Part shown: positions 47,319-60,250 of the stretch, piece after piece
Layout of the letters: every line of letters begins with the position of its first letter
How positions within the stretch are numbered: position 1 is the stretch's first letter
DNA from: Asterionella formosa
Lineage: Eukaryota
Assembly: GCA_002256025.1 (NCBI GenBank)
Contig: NKIB01009877.1
Location: forward strand, 1 to 64,000
Reading direction: 5' to 3'
Length of the DNA stretch: 64,000 nucleotides
The notes under the pieces: generated by a model
The model's database searches: none
Seen by the model: only the letters and a program-made list of their open reading frames with translations
What the model was told of the DNA's origin: nothing
Translations under genes and position numbers: made by a program

Positions 47319-48731
47319 GCAAGGAACCGTCGCTCTTCTGAAAGAAAACGATCTCGTCCTAGGTGTACATGTCCACACGAAGATAACGACTTTTGTTCAG
47401 TAACCCAACACAAGGAAAACTCCCTGTAACACAAAAAACTCAATGTGAATAAAGCTATCGAGAAACCCTGCGTGGTCATCCATTGACTGCTACACGCATC
47501 AACGCCTCCACGCACACCAGAAAAATAGAGAATGCATGACAACTATCTGCCATAAATATTAACTATAACATCGTCTGTTAACTTCGCTAGTTCCTTGAAA
47601 TTATCTACCATACTTGTATCCTCCGCCACGCCAGCAACTGTAATTAGCCTAGACTAGCTGCTTTTCGACAGATCCACTGTCAACTGCATGCGACGCTGGC
47701 AATCAATCATGTCTAGTCAACCCCCTAATAGCTACCGGTAGACTACTTCAAGAGGAGTAGCAGCTATCTAGTTTAAGTTCAGGATCCTGTTGCCGAGGTT
47801 CACCTCTGGCTAGTAGCAAATTTCTTGATGTCTGCCATGCGTTAAAGATGACGGTTTTACTGCATCACCCACATTTATTTATTTCCCTTTCGTTGCTCGA
47901 CCCTGCCAGAATATGTTTTGGATACAAATGCTGTCATATGAAACACATACGACTGCAGCGATGATGACCATGGTGAAGAAGATCGCGCTGACTGAATCTT
48001 GCCACCACTACCGGTAAGTGTAATCATCTGTTGCTTCTTAGCTCGACCGGAATTCTGTTTCTGGAACACGTCACAATTACCAGCACCTGGTCTACCGGAA
48101 TACGAGGCACTAACTGGTACCAGGTACGGTACCAGGTAATATGAATGACCTGTGTCAGGTGAGTGCACGATGACTATCCATCATGTTCCTGTGTACCAGG
48201 TACCGGTAGTACATATGTACTCGTGGAGGTTTTTGCGCTATGTAGTCGCTATAGCTATCTGGATTCCATAAAGTCTACAGGATAGAACCAAAACCGGTTT
48301 CTATACTACCAGGTACCGTACGGTATATATCTTGGATCCTCATCGTCGCCTCTTTTTTTTCACGAAGCCATCAGGTCGTCAAGGCTACTGTTACTTGCTT
48401 TTCTCATGTCAAGGTACGCCCGCTCAATTTGCTTCTGTTTAAAGTCATTACAGATGCCTTCACCGTCCAGTTGACTATCACTACGCCATCGTAGAGGGCT
48501 CGCTCTTACCAACATTATCACGGACGATCACAACGATCCGCCGATGGCAGAATCTGCTGGGCTGACACATTCTTCACAGACTTGTCGCGTCCATACGGTT
48601 ATTCCGGTGCTGGCAGCGATCGCCCTCGCTACTCTGTTGTGTTTCAACAGTATTTTAGAAAGTGCCTCGCAGGTATGTATGTAGCTCATCTCTCGTTGCT
48701 TGAATTCCCCCTCAGGATTTATCTGTCGAAG

Positions 48732-51700
48732 ATGGCCATGATGGTATGCCTCGCTGTCGCGTTTCGCAAGGGCGGACGCGGCACAGTAACTGCCTTTTCG
48801 TTAGCTTCAACATTCGGGGCTTCCAGGATTGCTGCTTCTCGAGCGTTTAACTCAGCACCTCCTCGCGCTTTGTTTAATAAACAGTTTCGCTCCTCCTCAA
48901 CCTCGGTGATTACAACGTTGAAGCAAAGTAGTGTTGCCACAGCCAATGAACTCGAGAAATCTCTGCATGTAACCCATCCTGCCTTTGAGGTCCTGCAAAA
49001 GGACATTGTCTCTGAATATGGAGCATACTGCACTCTATACCGACACAAAAAGAGCGGCGCCGAGCTCCTCTCTGTAGCTGTCGACGATGACAACAAGGTA
49101 ATTGCACCATGTCTTTTCTTCGTTCCGTAGTAGCGGCGAATCAAACATCCTAACTTTCTCTTTGTTTTCAAGGTTTTTGGAATTACGTTTCGTACTCCTC
49201 CAATGGATTCCACTGGCGTCCCCCATATCCTTGAACATTCCGTGCTATGCGGGAGTCGCAAGTACAAGACAAAGGATCCATTTGTCCAGCTCTTGCAGGG
49301 TAGTTTGCAAACTTTCCTCAACGCCTTTACCTACCCTGACCGCACCTGTTACGTGGTTGCAAGTCAGAACACGAAGGATTTCTACAACCTGATCAATGTT
49401 TACGCCGACGCCGTGTATCATCCTCGTGCTGTTTCAGACCCTATGGTTCACGCTCAGGAGGGGTGGCATTTGGAGTTGGAGAACAAGGAAGATCCTCTTA
49501 CCTACAAAGGTGTGGTTTACAATGAAATGAAGGGCGTTTATTCTTCGCCAGACTCTCTGTTGATGAGAGCATCTCAGCAATCCATCTTCCCTGATAATAC
49601 CTACTCTGTTGACAGTGGTGGAGACCCCAGAGTTATTCCTGATTTGTCATTCGAGCAGTTTGCTGAGTTTCACTCAAAGTTCTACCATCCTGCCAATTCT
49701 CGCATCTATTTTTCTGGGGACGACGATGTTTATAACCGTTTGCAGGTCATGGATGAGTACTTGGGTGAATTTGGACCATCACTCAACAGCAAGCCCGAAA
49801 GCAAGGTTGAGTGGCAGTCGAAATCCTTTTCCGAACCAAAGCGATTCGCGTATCCATACCCATCAGGCGCTGACCAGGATGAAACACACATGGTAATGGT
49901 TAACTGGTTGGTGAACGATAGACCTTTTACACCTACTGAGGAAATGGCTATCGGAATTTTGGATCATTTGTTGATGGGGACAACATCATCAATTCTTCGA
50001 AAGACGCTAATGGAAAGTGGTCTTGGTGCTGCCATCACAGGAGGGGGGTTGTCTGATGAACTTTTACAGGCTACATTTTCTGTCGGTCTCAAGGGTGTTG
50101 ACCCTAGTAAAGTCAATGAAGTCGAGAAGCTTGTTTTGGACACTTTGGGCAAGGTCGTTGAAGAAGGTTTCACTGCTGACGCGATTGCGTCCTCGATGAA
50201 TACTATTGAGTTCCAGCTCCGTGAATTTAACACAGGCTCTTTTCCAAAGGGACTTTCATTCATGTTGGGTTCCATGTCAAAGTGGATCTACGATGAGTCG
50301 CCCATAGATAGCTTGAAGTTCGAGAAGCCTCTTTCTGAATTGAAAGCAAAAATTGCAGAGTCTGGGTCCAAGATATTTCAAGACATGTTGAAGGAGCTCA
50401 TTGTCGAAAATACCCATCGCACAACGATTGAAATGACCCCTTCGAAGACGTTAGAAGCTCAAGAACTGAAGGTAAGGGCATTGGTATTAACTTGATATAT
50501 GAATGTATACCCTATCTCATTTCGTCAATGTTGCTGTTAGGAAGAGCAAGATCGACTCGCGTCTATCAAAGAAAAGCTCAATGATGATGAGCTGCAAAAC
50601 ATCATAGACAGGACCAGCGAATTGAAGGCATTTCAAGCCACTGATGACTCGCCCGAGGCAAAAGCAACAATCCCAAATCTCGAGCTGAGCGATTTGACTC
50701 GGGAAGTCACCGAATTCCCAATCGCCGTGAGTGAGAACGAGAGAGGCACCGGGATTACTGTTCTCCGTCACGAACTCGGGTCTACTTCTGGAATTGCATA
50801 TGTTGGATTCGGAGTGGATATCTCGGCGTTGTCTTTGGATGATGTCGCCCTCTTGACTATTTATACTCGTTTGATGATGGAGGGTGGAGCTGGAGAATAT
50901 GACCCTGTAGCTCTCTCTCGCAGAATTGGAACACACACTGGGGGTGTTTCGGTCAGCCTCCTTATTACTCCTGTCAACAAGCAAGGACTTTCCGAAAGTG
51001 TTGTGACTGACTGTACCACAATGATCTCTAAGCTTGTCGTAAAGGGAAAGGCAACAAGCGAGAACATTGACGAGCTGCTCTCAATTGTCAACTTGATTTT
51101 GACCGACGCGCGATTAGATTCTAGAAGCAAGGTTCTTGAGATGCTCAAAGAGAGCAAGAGTCGTCTCGAATCTGGGATCCAAGGAAGTGGCCATTCGTTT
51201 GCGTTGAATCGAATGCGCTCACGTTATACTGCCGCAGGATACATTGATGAGAAGCTGAAAGGTATTTCATCCCTTGATACCACTAAGACACTCATTCAAC
51301 AGGCAGAACAAGATTGGCCTTCCTTCCTTGCTCGTTTGGAGAATATTCGAAGAACTATTTTGACGCACTCCGCGGTACGCGATGGTATGTTTCTCGACTT
51401 GACTGGGGACGGTAAGGTACTTGAAACCATTCAGCCTGCTGTAGAGGATTTCTTGACCAATCTTCCCGGAGATAGCAATGGAGCTAAACTTCCTAACTTC
51501 TACGAACAGCAACATCCTTGGGCGGTGCAGGCAACGAAGGAAATGACTAAGTTCACCCCAATCATTGATGAGGGATTTGTAGTCCCCACCCAGGTTTCAT
51601 ACGTTGGGAAGGGGGGACTCATTTACGACAAAGGTGAATCCATTTCTGGATCAGCTTCTGTTGTCGCTCGATATATGAAAACTGGATATTTATGGGATAC

Positions 51701-52157
51701 TGTCCGTGTTATGGGTGGTGCTTACGGTGGTTTCTGTGTCTTTGCTCAAGGGTCTGGTTTCTTTGGGTTCCTCAGCTATCGCGACCCCAACCTCAGCAAG
51801 ACTTTGGACATTTACGACGCTGCTGCTGACGCCTTAATGGCTGCGGCAGACGAGCTTGAGAAAGACCCCAATGCATTGGCTACGGCCATCATCGGAGCCA
51901 TTGGCGACTTGGATGGCGCAACGAGTCCTGACCAAAAGGGTTGGACTGCTTTTACCCGATGGATTTCTAACGAGAGTCTCGAGCACAGACAAAAGTTTCG
52001 TGATGAGATCCTGAACACGAAGCCCTCCGACTTTCGTGATTTTGCAAAACGTCTGCAAATCATTAAGGACCCCTCCGTTGCTGTCATCAGTTCAAAGGCA
52101 GCCTTTGAGACTGCTGCCCAGGACGGGAAGGCTATGATATTGACAGAGGTAGTCTAA
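48732..52157 (+). CDS. PREP: Presequence protease (pitrilysin-like M16C peptidase); introns 49098-49172 and 50472-50540
   Basis: HILEH inverted Zn motif, GSLQTFLNAFTYPDRT, KGVVYNEMKG, VRVMGGAYGG, SYRDPN; organellar targeting peptide. Exact start is uncertain. Confidence 0.95.
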
Positions 52158-53159
52158 CTAAGTAGCTATTGAATATTTGCATACAGCATTGTATAATACC
52201 TGTATACTTTGATTAATGAACAGCGAGGAAATTCTGAATTTAGGGCTGAGTAATTGATCTCCTTTGTTCAACTATCAAGACTAGCTAGCTCATAGCGTTC
52301 TAAATCAGCATTGTTGCACAAAATAATACGTGGGCCTGGACATACCCGCACCTCGTTGCATAAATCATTGGTGTTGTGTGTCACCCCCCCCACGATATGT
52401 AGTTGACCAAGCAGCAGTGAATTGTCATACATTCCAAGGCGCACATTTCTGCTCATCGAATGAACGATGGCAAATCATTCTCTCCCTTTTCTTGTGACTT
52501 GAAGAAACATCACATTCAAGATCTACGATATGTCATAGCCTATTATTGCCATATGTAGTCAGTACACGTCCAGATAGATCGAGATGGAAGGTTGGTGGGA
52601 GGCAGGAGGTGGAGGGACATACAGTATTAATAAGGAGTCGAGAGGGTGCGTGGTCACTATGGCAGATATTACTGCAGGCCATTCCGTAACCAGGCTCGAC
52701 CTCAGATGGCTCACCACATCATGTGATAGACGCACTTGCTGGTGCGTCTGCTCCTGTTGTCAATTCTGAGCCGGCATCACATGGCCAAGCCTGCCCACGT
52801 ATTCCAACTAAATGGGCGCGCCAAATAAAGAAGAAATCAGCGAGCAGTCGAGCTAGTCAAATCAGTTTTGTCTCTGGTCGATTTCTACACAGCATTCTCA
52901 TGCATGGATGGAATTTGCAACATGACTGCGTGAAGGTAAACCAATTTACGACACGAACGGCGAATGACTTGCAGACTGCAGCTACAGGAGGGATCAAGAG
53001 CCGACCAAGTAGAGAATGTATGGCCCGGCACATGCGGCAGGTCTAGTAGTCTTTCTACGATAGAGGAAGTTGAAAGCGTTAAGTGTTTGTTCAATCACTA
53101 AAAGAAATCAAAGGCAAGGCAGGCTCAACGGCGGCGTTCGAAGTACAGTTCCGTCGACC

Positions 53160-54911
53160 ATGGACAACAACAATGGCGTCCCTCCGCCGCAAAATGGGCA
53201 ACATATGCAACAAATGCCGCCACCCATGTATGGCTATCCGGTCAACCCAGCATGGAGTGCTGCACATGGCGGAATGATACCTTTACATCAAATGCAAATG
53301 CACCATCATCATGGGTAAGTTTTCAAAGGCAGCACATACAACGAAATCCCCGGTGCGCGCCAGGCTTGGCGGATGGGTGGGGGGATTGACAGACGCGCAT
53401 GCTTGTGCAGTTTTTGGGTTTTGAGGCTGATTCTTGTAAGCGACGCTGCGCGCGTTTGTATCTCAGAGTAAAGACGCGACCAGTTGTTGGATCAAATTTG
53501 CAGTACCTGGTACCTGGTACCTTGTACTTACTCCCACCAAATCCCGTTCACCCCGGTAGCTATGCCCCTCCCTCTGATTTTTAATACATGTATGGACCAG
53601 GTGGCCGACTACCGTAACCAGGTACACTGCTACCTGGTACATGGATATACCAGATAGTAGGTACCCCAGTACAGGCCCTTCCTTTCTGTGTATGCAGTCA
53701 GTGTATAGCGGCAATGCAGCGCTAAATCCGAGTTTTTGGGCGACGAACGAAAGTTCGTTCACTGATGTTGAGAGGCTCAGAACAAACGTGACGGCTCCGT
53801 GGCGTCCTACACAGCTGGATTGGATCCTACTGTATTCATCTTTGCGTTCTCTCACCCTCTCTTCGCAGGTACCATCACCCTGGCTATAACCCTGGCATGG
53901 AAGGAGTGCATCTACCACCCGGGATCATCCAAGGATTCGGAAATTCGTCTGATCCGTTGGAGGTGATTCTGGGCATTTTCCCCTGCGTTCGTGTGCGAGG
54001 CGTCCCGGTCGATGCAGCACTTGAGGACGTTCTCGTCTTTTTCCAAGGCTTTGTTGTGCTCGACGTTGTTATGAGCGAAGATACGGGCGAAGCATTCGTT
54101 GTGTTTTCGAATCCCATGGATTACCAGATGGCACTTCAGAGGTATGTTGAACAACGCTGGTTCCGCTGGATACTGTACTGTACTGGTCTGTGCCTCTCGC
54201 TTTCGGGTGCGCCACTTGCTTACCCTTCCTCTATACAGGGATCGACAATCAATGGGACACCAGTTTCTTGAAGTGGTGAGTGGGCGTCGAGAAGATTACT
54301 ACTCCGCCATTTCTGAGGTGAGAATCAATTGAAAGGTTCGAAACTGATGTCCATCTTTTTGTTTTTCTAACGCGTCTCCGACTCTTCAGAATCAGAAACG
54401 AAAGGAGCAGCAACAAAAGGCAGAGACAGAGCCTCAATCTGACGTACGGGAGATGCGCGAGCAAATGATCAATCCACATGCCAACCTTCCTTGGCTCTTT
54501 CCTGGGGCGATGCCTCCAACGCAATCGCTCAACACTGGCAGGGGTATGCTGCCTCCAGGGGGACGTGGCAGGGGCATGGGTATGGGAGCACCACCACGTC
54601 GCACGGGGGGAGGGATTCAGGTGGGGGAACACACTGGATTTCTCCGCATGCGTGGGCTACCCTTCACATCTGCCAGGGAGGAAATTTTGTCCTTTTTTGA
54701 TGGTTATAACATTATCCCTGAAAGTGTGGTCCTAACCTATCGTAATGATGGGCGGGCGACTGGGGAGGGATACATTGGGTTTCAGACCGCGGAAGATTCC
54801 AAAAATGCCATGTCCTTGCATCGCCAAGTGATGGGGTCTCGGTACATAGAGCTTTTCATCAGCAATAAGGACGAGCACACCCGCGCATTTACACGTTTTG
54901 CAGGTCGTTAA
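53160..54911 (+). CDS. hnRNP F/H/ESRP-like quasi-RRM RNA-binding protein; introns 53315-53868, 54142-54238 and 54318-54389
   Basis: Two qRRMs (VRVRGVP..TGEAFVVF..MGHQFLEV and LRMRGLPF..GRATGEGYIGF..MGSRYIELF) with an RGG linker. All three canonical introns keep the frame. Confidence 0.9.
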
Positions 54912-55728
54912 TCTTGAAGATGGACGATATGGACTAAATGGAACGCACAAGTTTGCATACAGTAAGCACTTTTCGATTGTAGTGGTGGACATTCTTTCGA
55001 TAAGGTGGTCGAGATGCACAACAATGGTTAATAATGTCAGGTCATGAAACCAAGTTGGAACTTTGGCAGCATGAATTGATTATAAGATTATTAAGAGCTA
55101 ACAAGAAGCAATTGCTTGGTTATGTAGCCGCCGGTTCTATGTGGTAGCAAGCAAAAGCGTGTTTTGTTTTATCTATTGGGATCTGAACGATGGTTGTATC
55201 CGCTGGTTCCTGCCAATCACGATACATTCAATTCGCACGGAAATTCAGGCTGCAGACGATGAGGTGCCACTAATGTTACCATAGCAGCTGTCATCGTAAA
55301 TGCAAGCAAGGAAGGTGCCTGGTACCAGATAGGAACGTTGCACACACTTGCTCCATGTAAATGACGTACTCCGAGTATTAACAGCATGTTTCGCAATGTA
55401 AAGTGGACAAGAGGAGGACAACCAATTTATATACCGGGTATCGGTACATGGTACTGGTACCTACCGTAAACCATAGACTACCCATGGCACCTGTCACTTG
55501 GAAACTACATAGCCAGATCATGCACCAATATAATTGCAGTTTTGCTGTTAAATATTGCTAATAATTGCGTATTCTCGCCTTGGTGTGATCCTTTGTGCTA
55601 GCGTTGGGAGTCGCTGGACGACCCGCGTTCGCCCTTGCTAGCTAGGCTGAGGTTCATTTCCATGAAGTTTCTGATAAAACATGTTATGACGTAAGACGTT
55701 TTATCACATTTGTCTGTTGGGTTTTTTA

Positions 55729-57950
55729 GAGCATCTCACTGCATCGACCAAATACCAAAGGAAATTGCAGTTAAAAATATCAAAATACGTCACTTGGTCG
55801 AGAAATTTTTATCAATAGTCGAAATTTCCATATTTTTTCCCACCGCATCGACCAAATCCTAAATACCGGTAGTTAAATCTCGCACCCAAACTTTTAGCAA
55901 GTAGAAATAGAAAAATATTGTCTTTTTATGTGTATTGTTGATATAGGGATGGGTACTGCATAGCTAGCTATATATACAAAAGATGAAACAATGAGCAATG
56001 ATAGCAACACATCAGATGATGATTGCCTCTACCATTTCCGCAAGATGCATCGTAAACAAAGAAATGAGAATGATGCAAACAAAAGACAAAATAGGGGAGG
56101 AAGTTCCAAGGTTGGCAAGTCTACTAACGTGAATCGTTTTCGCACAGAGTAGTATGGCAAGCTGTTGAAGGATGACTACTTTGGAGACAATCCAAGCAAG
56201 CAGTCTACTCTCCTGCACATCTCAGGAGGCGCTTCCAGATGCATCGTTTGTTATTTGAAAAGATTCTTGAAGATTTGGTTGAGGCTGATCCATACATTCA
56301 ACAGAAGGAGGATGCATTGGGTCTGGTCGTTTTTCGACACATCAAAAGTTAACCTCAGCGCTTCGAATGTTGGCTTATGGAACTTCGGCGGATCAGCTGG
56401 ACAACCTCACAAGAATGGATGAATTTACCACACTCCACAACCTAAAAGTTTTTTGTAACTCAATAATCAGCAGGTATGGCACGGCAAGCTGTTGAAGGAT
56501 GACTACTTTGGAGACAATCCAAGCAAGCAGTCTACTCTCCTGCACATCTCAGGAGGCGCTTCCAGATGCATCGTTTGTTATTTGAAAAGATTCTTGAAGA
56601 TTTGGTTGAGGCTGATCCATACATTCAACAGAAGGAGGATGCATTGGGTCTGGTCGTTTTTCGCCGCATCAAAAGCTAACCTCAGAGCTTCGAATGTTGG
56701 CTTATGGAACTTCGGCGGATCAGCTGGACAACCTCACAAGAATGGATGAATTTACCACACTCCACAACCTAAAAGTTTTTTGTAACTCAATAATCAGCAG
56801 GTATGGCACATAATATTTACGATCGCCTACAAAGGATGGCATGGCAATGGTTTTACGACTCCATTGCGAAATGATTTGATTGGGCACTTGCGGAGTCAAA
56901 ATGAGGATAAATAATATATAGTATTTGATTCAATTAAATGTCTTGACACTTAAGTTGTAAGTCGGAAACAATGAAATGATACTAGCAGAGTAATTGATAA
57001 CCAAATTAGTTAAAACTCTACTTGCTCAGCTTCTAGAATTGATTCATCAAAACCAGGAGAAGGTGACGGATAATTTAAAGCATCTACTTCAATGGAACTG
57101 CTAGACTCTAAGATATTCTTTTGGCCTTTTGGCTGCCAGTTTCCCAATTGTAGCATCTGTCTCCTCCATGGCTTCTTGTGCCTTCAAATCACACCACCTG
57201 TTGCTTCTGCTGATTCACTATTCATTGAAATAATCTTTAATAGGAACTCATTCCGTTGAGTTTTCACCTTTTTTCCAAGCATCATAACATGCTTTTGCTC
57301 AACGACAAGCTGAGCATTTGCAACATGCTTTTCATTCTTGGCTTCTTTTGCCCCCATGGTATGCAACTCAAACTTCAAATCATCAATATTCATTTTTGGT
57401 TGGTCCCGCACAAAACCACAAAGACCCTTTCACTTCGGGGTTTTCTTTAAAATACGCCAACACCCATCGTTAATAAACTCTTTACCTAGCCTTTTCCCTT
57501 TTCCTTCCGATTTAAATATCTCCATAGCTTCTTCACTGTATTTGTCTTCCGTCCATCCTGATTTTGGAACACTTGTCACCTTCGCAAAGAGGCCTCAGAA
57601 CTTTGTGACGTCTTGATTTGTTGTTCCCCAGCAAGCCCTTGCCATCTGGGATGATGAGACCTACTACAAAGATCTCAAACACCCGGACCCAAATCTTGCT
57701 TGCCTTTTGACCAGTCCCAGCAGTGATTGAGTCTTCACTGGCTGCAACCCAGGACCAAGTGAGAGCCTCGTCCTCGTCCTCTTCCTTCTCCCTAATACCA
57801 CCTGAACCCATCCTGATGATGTTGATGAGGATGTTGAATAGATTATGCGTATATGCATGTATCAACACTGAACTGACGCACTGATTGCTGTATTTGTCTA
57901 CTTGAAGATAGTACCAGTGAAAATACTGCAACATGAATCAATACTTGATC
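55729..57950 (+). mobile_element. Degenerate two-ORF PIF/Harbinger element (Plant_tran-type transposase on +, Myb/SANT-like ORF on -); right TIR not found
   Basis: Left TIR after TTA matches 23411. Transposase fragments DDYFGDNP, LRRRFQMHRLLFEKI, HQKLTSALRMLAYGTSADQLD. Minus strand EDEALTWSWVAASED....GTGQK..IW.RV. Confidence 0.85.
56156..56809. repeat. Tandem duplication, 327-bp unit, two copies
   Basis: Units start at 56156 and 56483 and differ by only about 4 substitutions. Confidence 0.95.
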
Positions 57951-58519
57951 TTGTTTCGGTTATTTCGGTTGCAATGCTTAGAATCAAAGGCGTTCAATGG
58001 AATATAAAGGAATTGGGTTGAAGGGTACTAGGAACAAAAAACTTGCGCAAATGCATCAATCATAAAATGCAGATTACTAGTTAATGTGTAATTATCATCA
58101 TTTCATTCGAGTTATAATAGCAATTGATCTATACATAAAATTTAACGTATAATTGAGGCGGTTCACTTATTGATGCAACACAAAAAATCTATTTGATGTT
58201 ATCAAAATATGTATTTGATCAATCATGATTATATTTATGATCAAAGACGCAAAAATTTATTGATCAATAAATTTTTGGGTATGTTCAATGAAAAAATACG
58301 TCATACTACGATAATTTTGGGGAGTAGATAATGGAGCAAAAGTGTTAGGCCTAACACTTTTTTCATTCACAGACGTGGAAGACAGGTACAGAGCCGACTA
58401 CCTGTAGCTACTGATTCTCGTTTTACCAAAGAAGCTGAAATGTATGTACACAGAGAGTATATAACAAAAAATTGAGTTGGCGCAATATTAAGTGTTGTGC
58501 TTGCGTAGTATTTACAGTT

Positions 58520-58750
58520 ATTTTATCAGTGACAACGGGCATGATACACATTGATCAACAGCACTGTATCACTGCTACATCATTGGTCAGGGGTACAATA
58601 ACTGTATCAGTGACACACCCATGAATGATACACCGGTGATCAGACCTCAAATTCTTTTGGTGTTGCAAAAATATTATGATACAAACCGCCATTTTCGAAA
58701 CAAAACCCGGAGATGATACCCCAATGACGACAAATGACAGGATGATAAGA
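58520..58750. mobile_element. Possible further diverged end of the TGATAC-rich Harbinger/MITE family
   Basis: Repeated TGTATCA/TGATAC and AACCCGGAGATGATAC...GATGATAAGA resemble 45890-45935. Confidence 0.4.
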
Positions 58751-59983
58751 TTAAATTCCCTGGAAACGTGAAAATTGATGTAATCTCTTCACGATTAATC
58801 GCTTGTTGTTAAAATGATGATGGTGAGGACCATTGTTTTCCATTGACATTTCCAATCAGCAGCATTCACAGAATCATTCATTAATATGATACTTTTGGAT
58901 GTTGAGCTATTTAGTTTGTTGGCAGGGATTTGAGTGTTGCGTTTGATATGGTGCAGAATCACCATATTCACTTGAGTGAAAGCATAAGAAAACTATTGCA
59001 TACAGCTGAATTGGTTGGTAAGTTTATCCTTGTTATGTTCATCTTCTTTGAATGTTTTTGTACAGCACCAACTGGTTTACCAGTTTTTGTATCTCCATCG
59101 CTTACAAATTAATTGCTCATTTTTGTTTTGGCAACCTTGTGGCTATGCATGCATCTCAGGTCAGCCAGATAATGGTTGCATTTCTTAGGTATATGTGATA
59201 GATGGAGCTGGAAAGTTTGTTGTTGCTTGCTTGGCCATTGTACTCTTGGGTACTGACTTGGTCTCATGGAATTTTATAGTCAACCTGTGGATGTTAGCAA
59301 CAAGCAATTTATGGTGGAGTGGTATAAATTTATATATACTGGTTGGTGCTGTCCAAAAGCAATCAAAACAAATAAATTTATCTGCTGGTAAATACTGGGG
59401 AAGTAGTTTGCTCATGATGCTTGGACTCAAGAGAATGTAGTACTGCTGCACACCATATCGAAATTGATGACTTTTTCTACTCTCAGTTCCTTGCCAACCA
59501 CCTAAATCGCGCAACATCTAAGTATTACACAATTGTGAATGCTGCTGATTGGGAATGGCCATGGAGGATAAAAACGATGGTCACCATCATTTTAACAACA
59601 AGCAATTACTGGGTAGTTGCGAAGAAATAATTCCAGGGAGCTTAAAGAATCCTTGAAACCACTTTGGATATAGGCTCTCTATTTTGGATTTGGTGAAAAA
59701 GGCTGCATCATTACCGGTAGTTGATCTGCATATTAAGTACATCATATCAATGCTTCCCTTTTTCTTTCCTTTATTTCAATCCCAATTTTTTCGTTTATTT
59801 ATTCATCTTTTAATGCAATTGATACTATCATCTATCGTAATATAATTATAACAGCACTGATCGACAACTTGGAGAAAAATCAGGGCTCCCGGAGAGGCGA
59901 CTGACTGTATAAGCGCCACTACTGCCAAATGGCACCAAGATGTGCCTGTCAAAACAACAACATATTGTCGAAGTTGCCAACAT

Positions 59984-60250
59984 CTAAAATCCGCCAAAAA
60001 TGGAGCCAACTAGCATAAAACCCAGCGAAATCCCTACACCAGTAAGAAACATAGCCCCAAAAGAAGAGCCAACTGACTGCTGCTGTTGCTGCGTAGGTTG
60101 AAACGGCAAAGGGATGGGAGGATGCGCTGGGCGTTGTTCTTGTTGTATCAGATCTTCTCGTCGAACTGACGGCAACGATATTTTCCTTGGATCGCGAACA
60201 ATGGTCCTTGCTGTTTTGGAAGCTGATCGAACCAGCGATCTTCGATACAT
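59984..60250 (-). CDS. Small putative mitochondrial membrane protein, 88 aa
   Basis: Arg/Ser-rich N-terminus MYRRSLVRSASKTARTIVR, Pro/Gln linker, Gly-rich hydrophobic C-terminal helix; motif cluster upstream. Confidence 0.55.
   Translation of the reverse strand: MYRRSLVRSASKTARTIVRDPRKISLPSVRREDLIQQEQRPAHPPIPLPFQPTQQQQQSVGSSFGAMFLTGVGISLGFMLVGSIFGGF

Noticed and set aside
2409..52087. Numerous 60-200 aa antisense or alternate-frame ORFs overlapping real genes
   Set aside because: They are shadow ORFs of well-supported coding sequences.
56165..56749. Two 85-aa tandem genes
   Set aside because: They are off-frame products of a duplicated, frameshifted transposase fragment.
58760..59650. Possible LINE fragment on the minus strand
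   Set aside because: Only vague peptide resemblance and no diagnostic motif.
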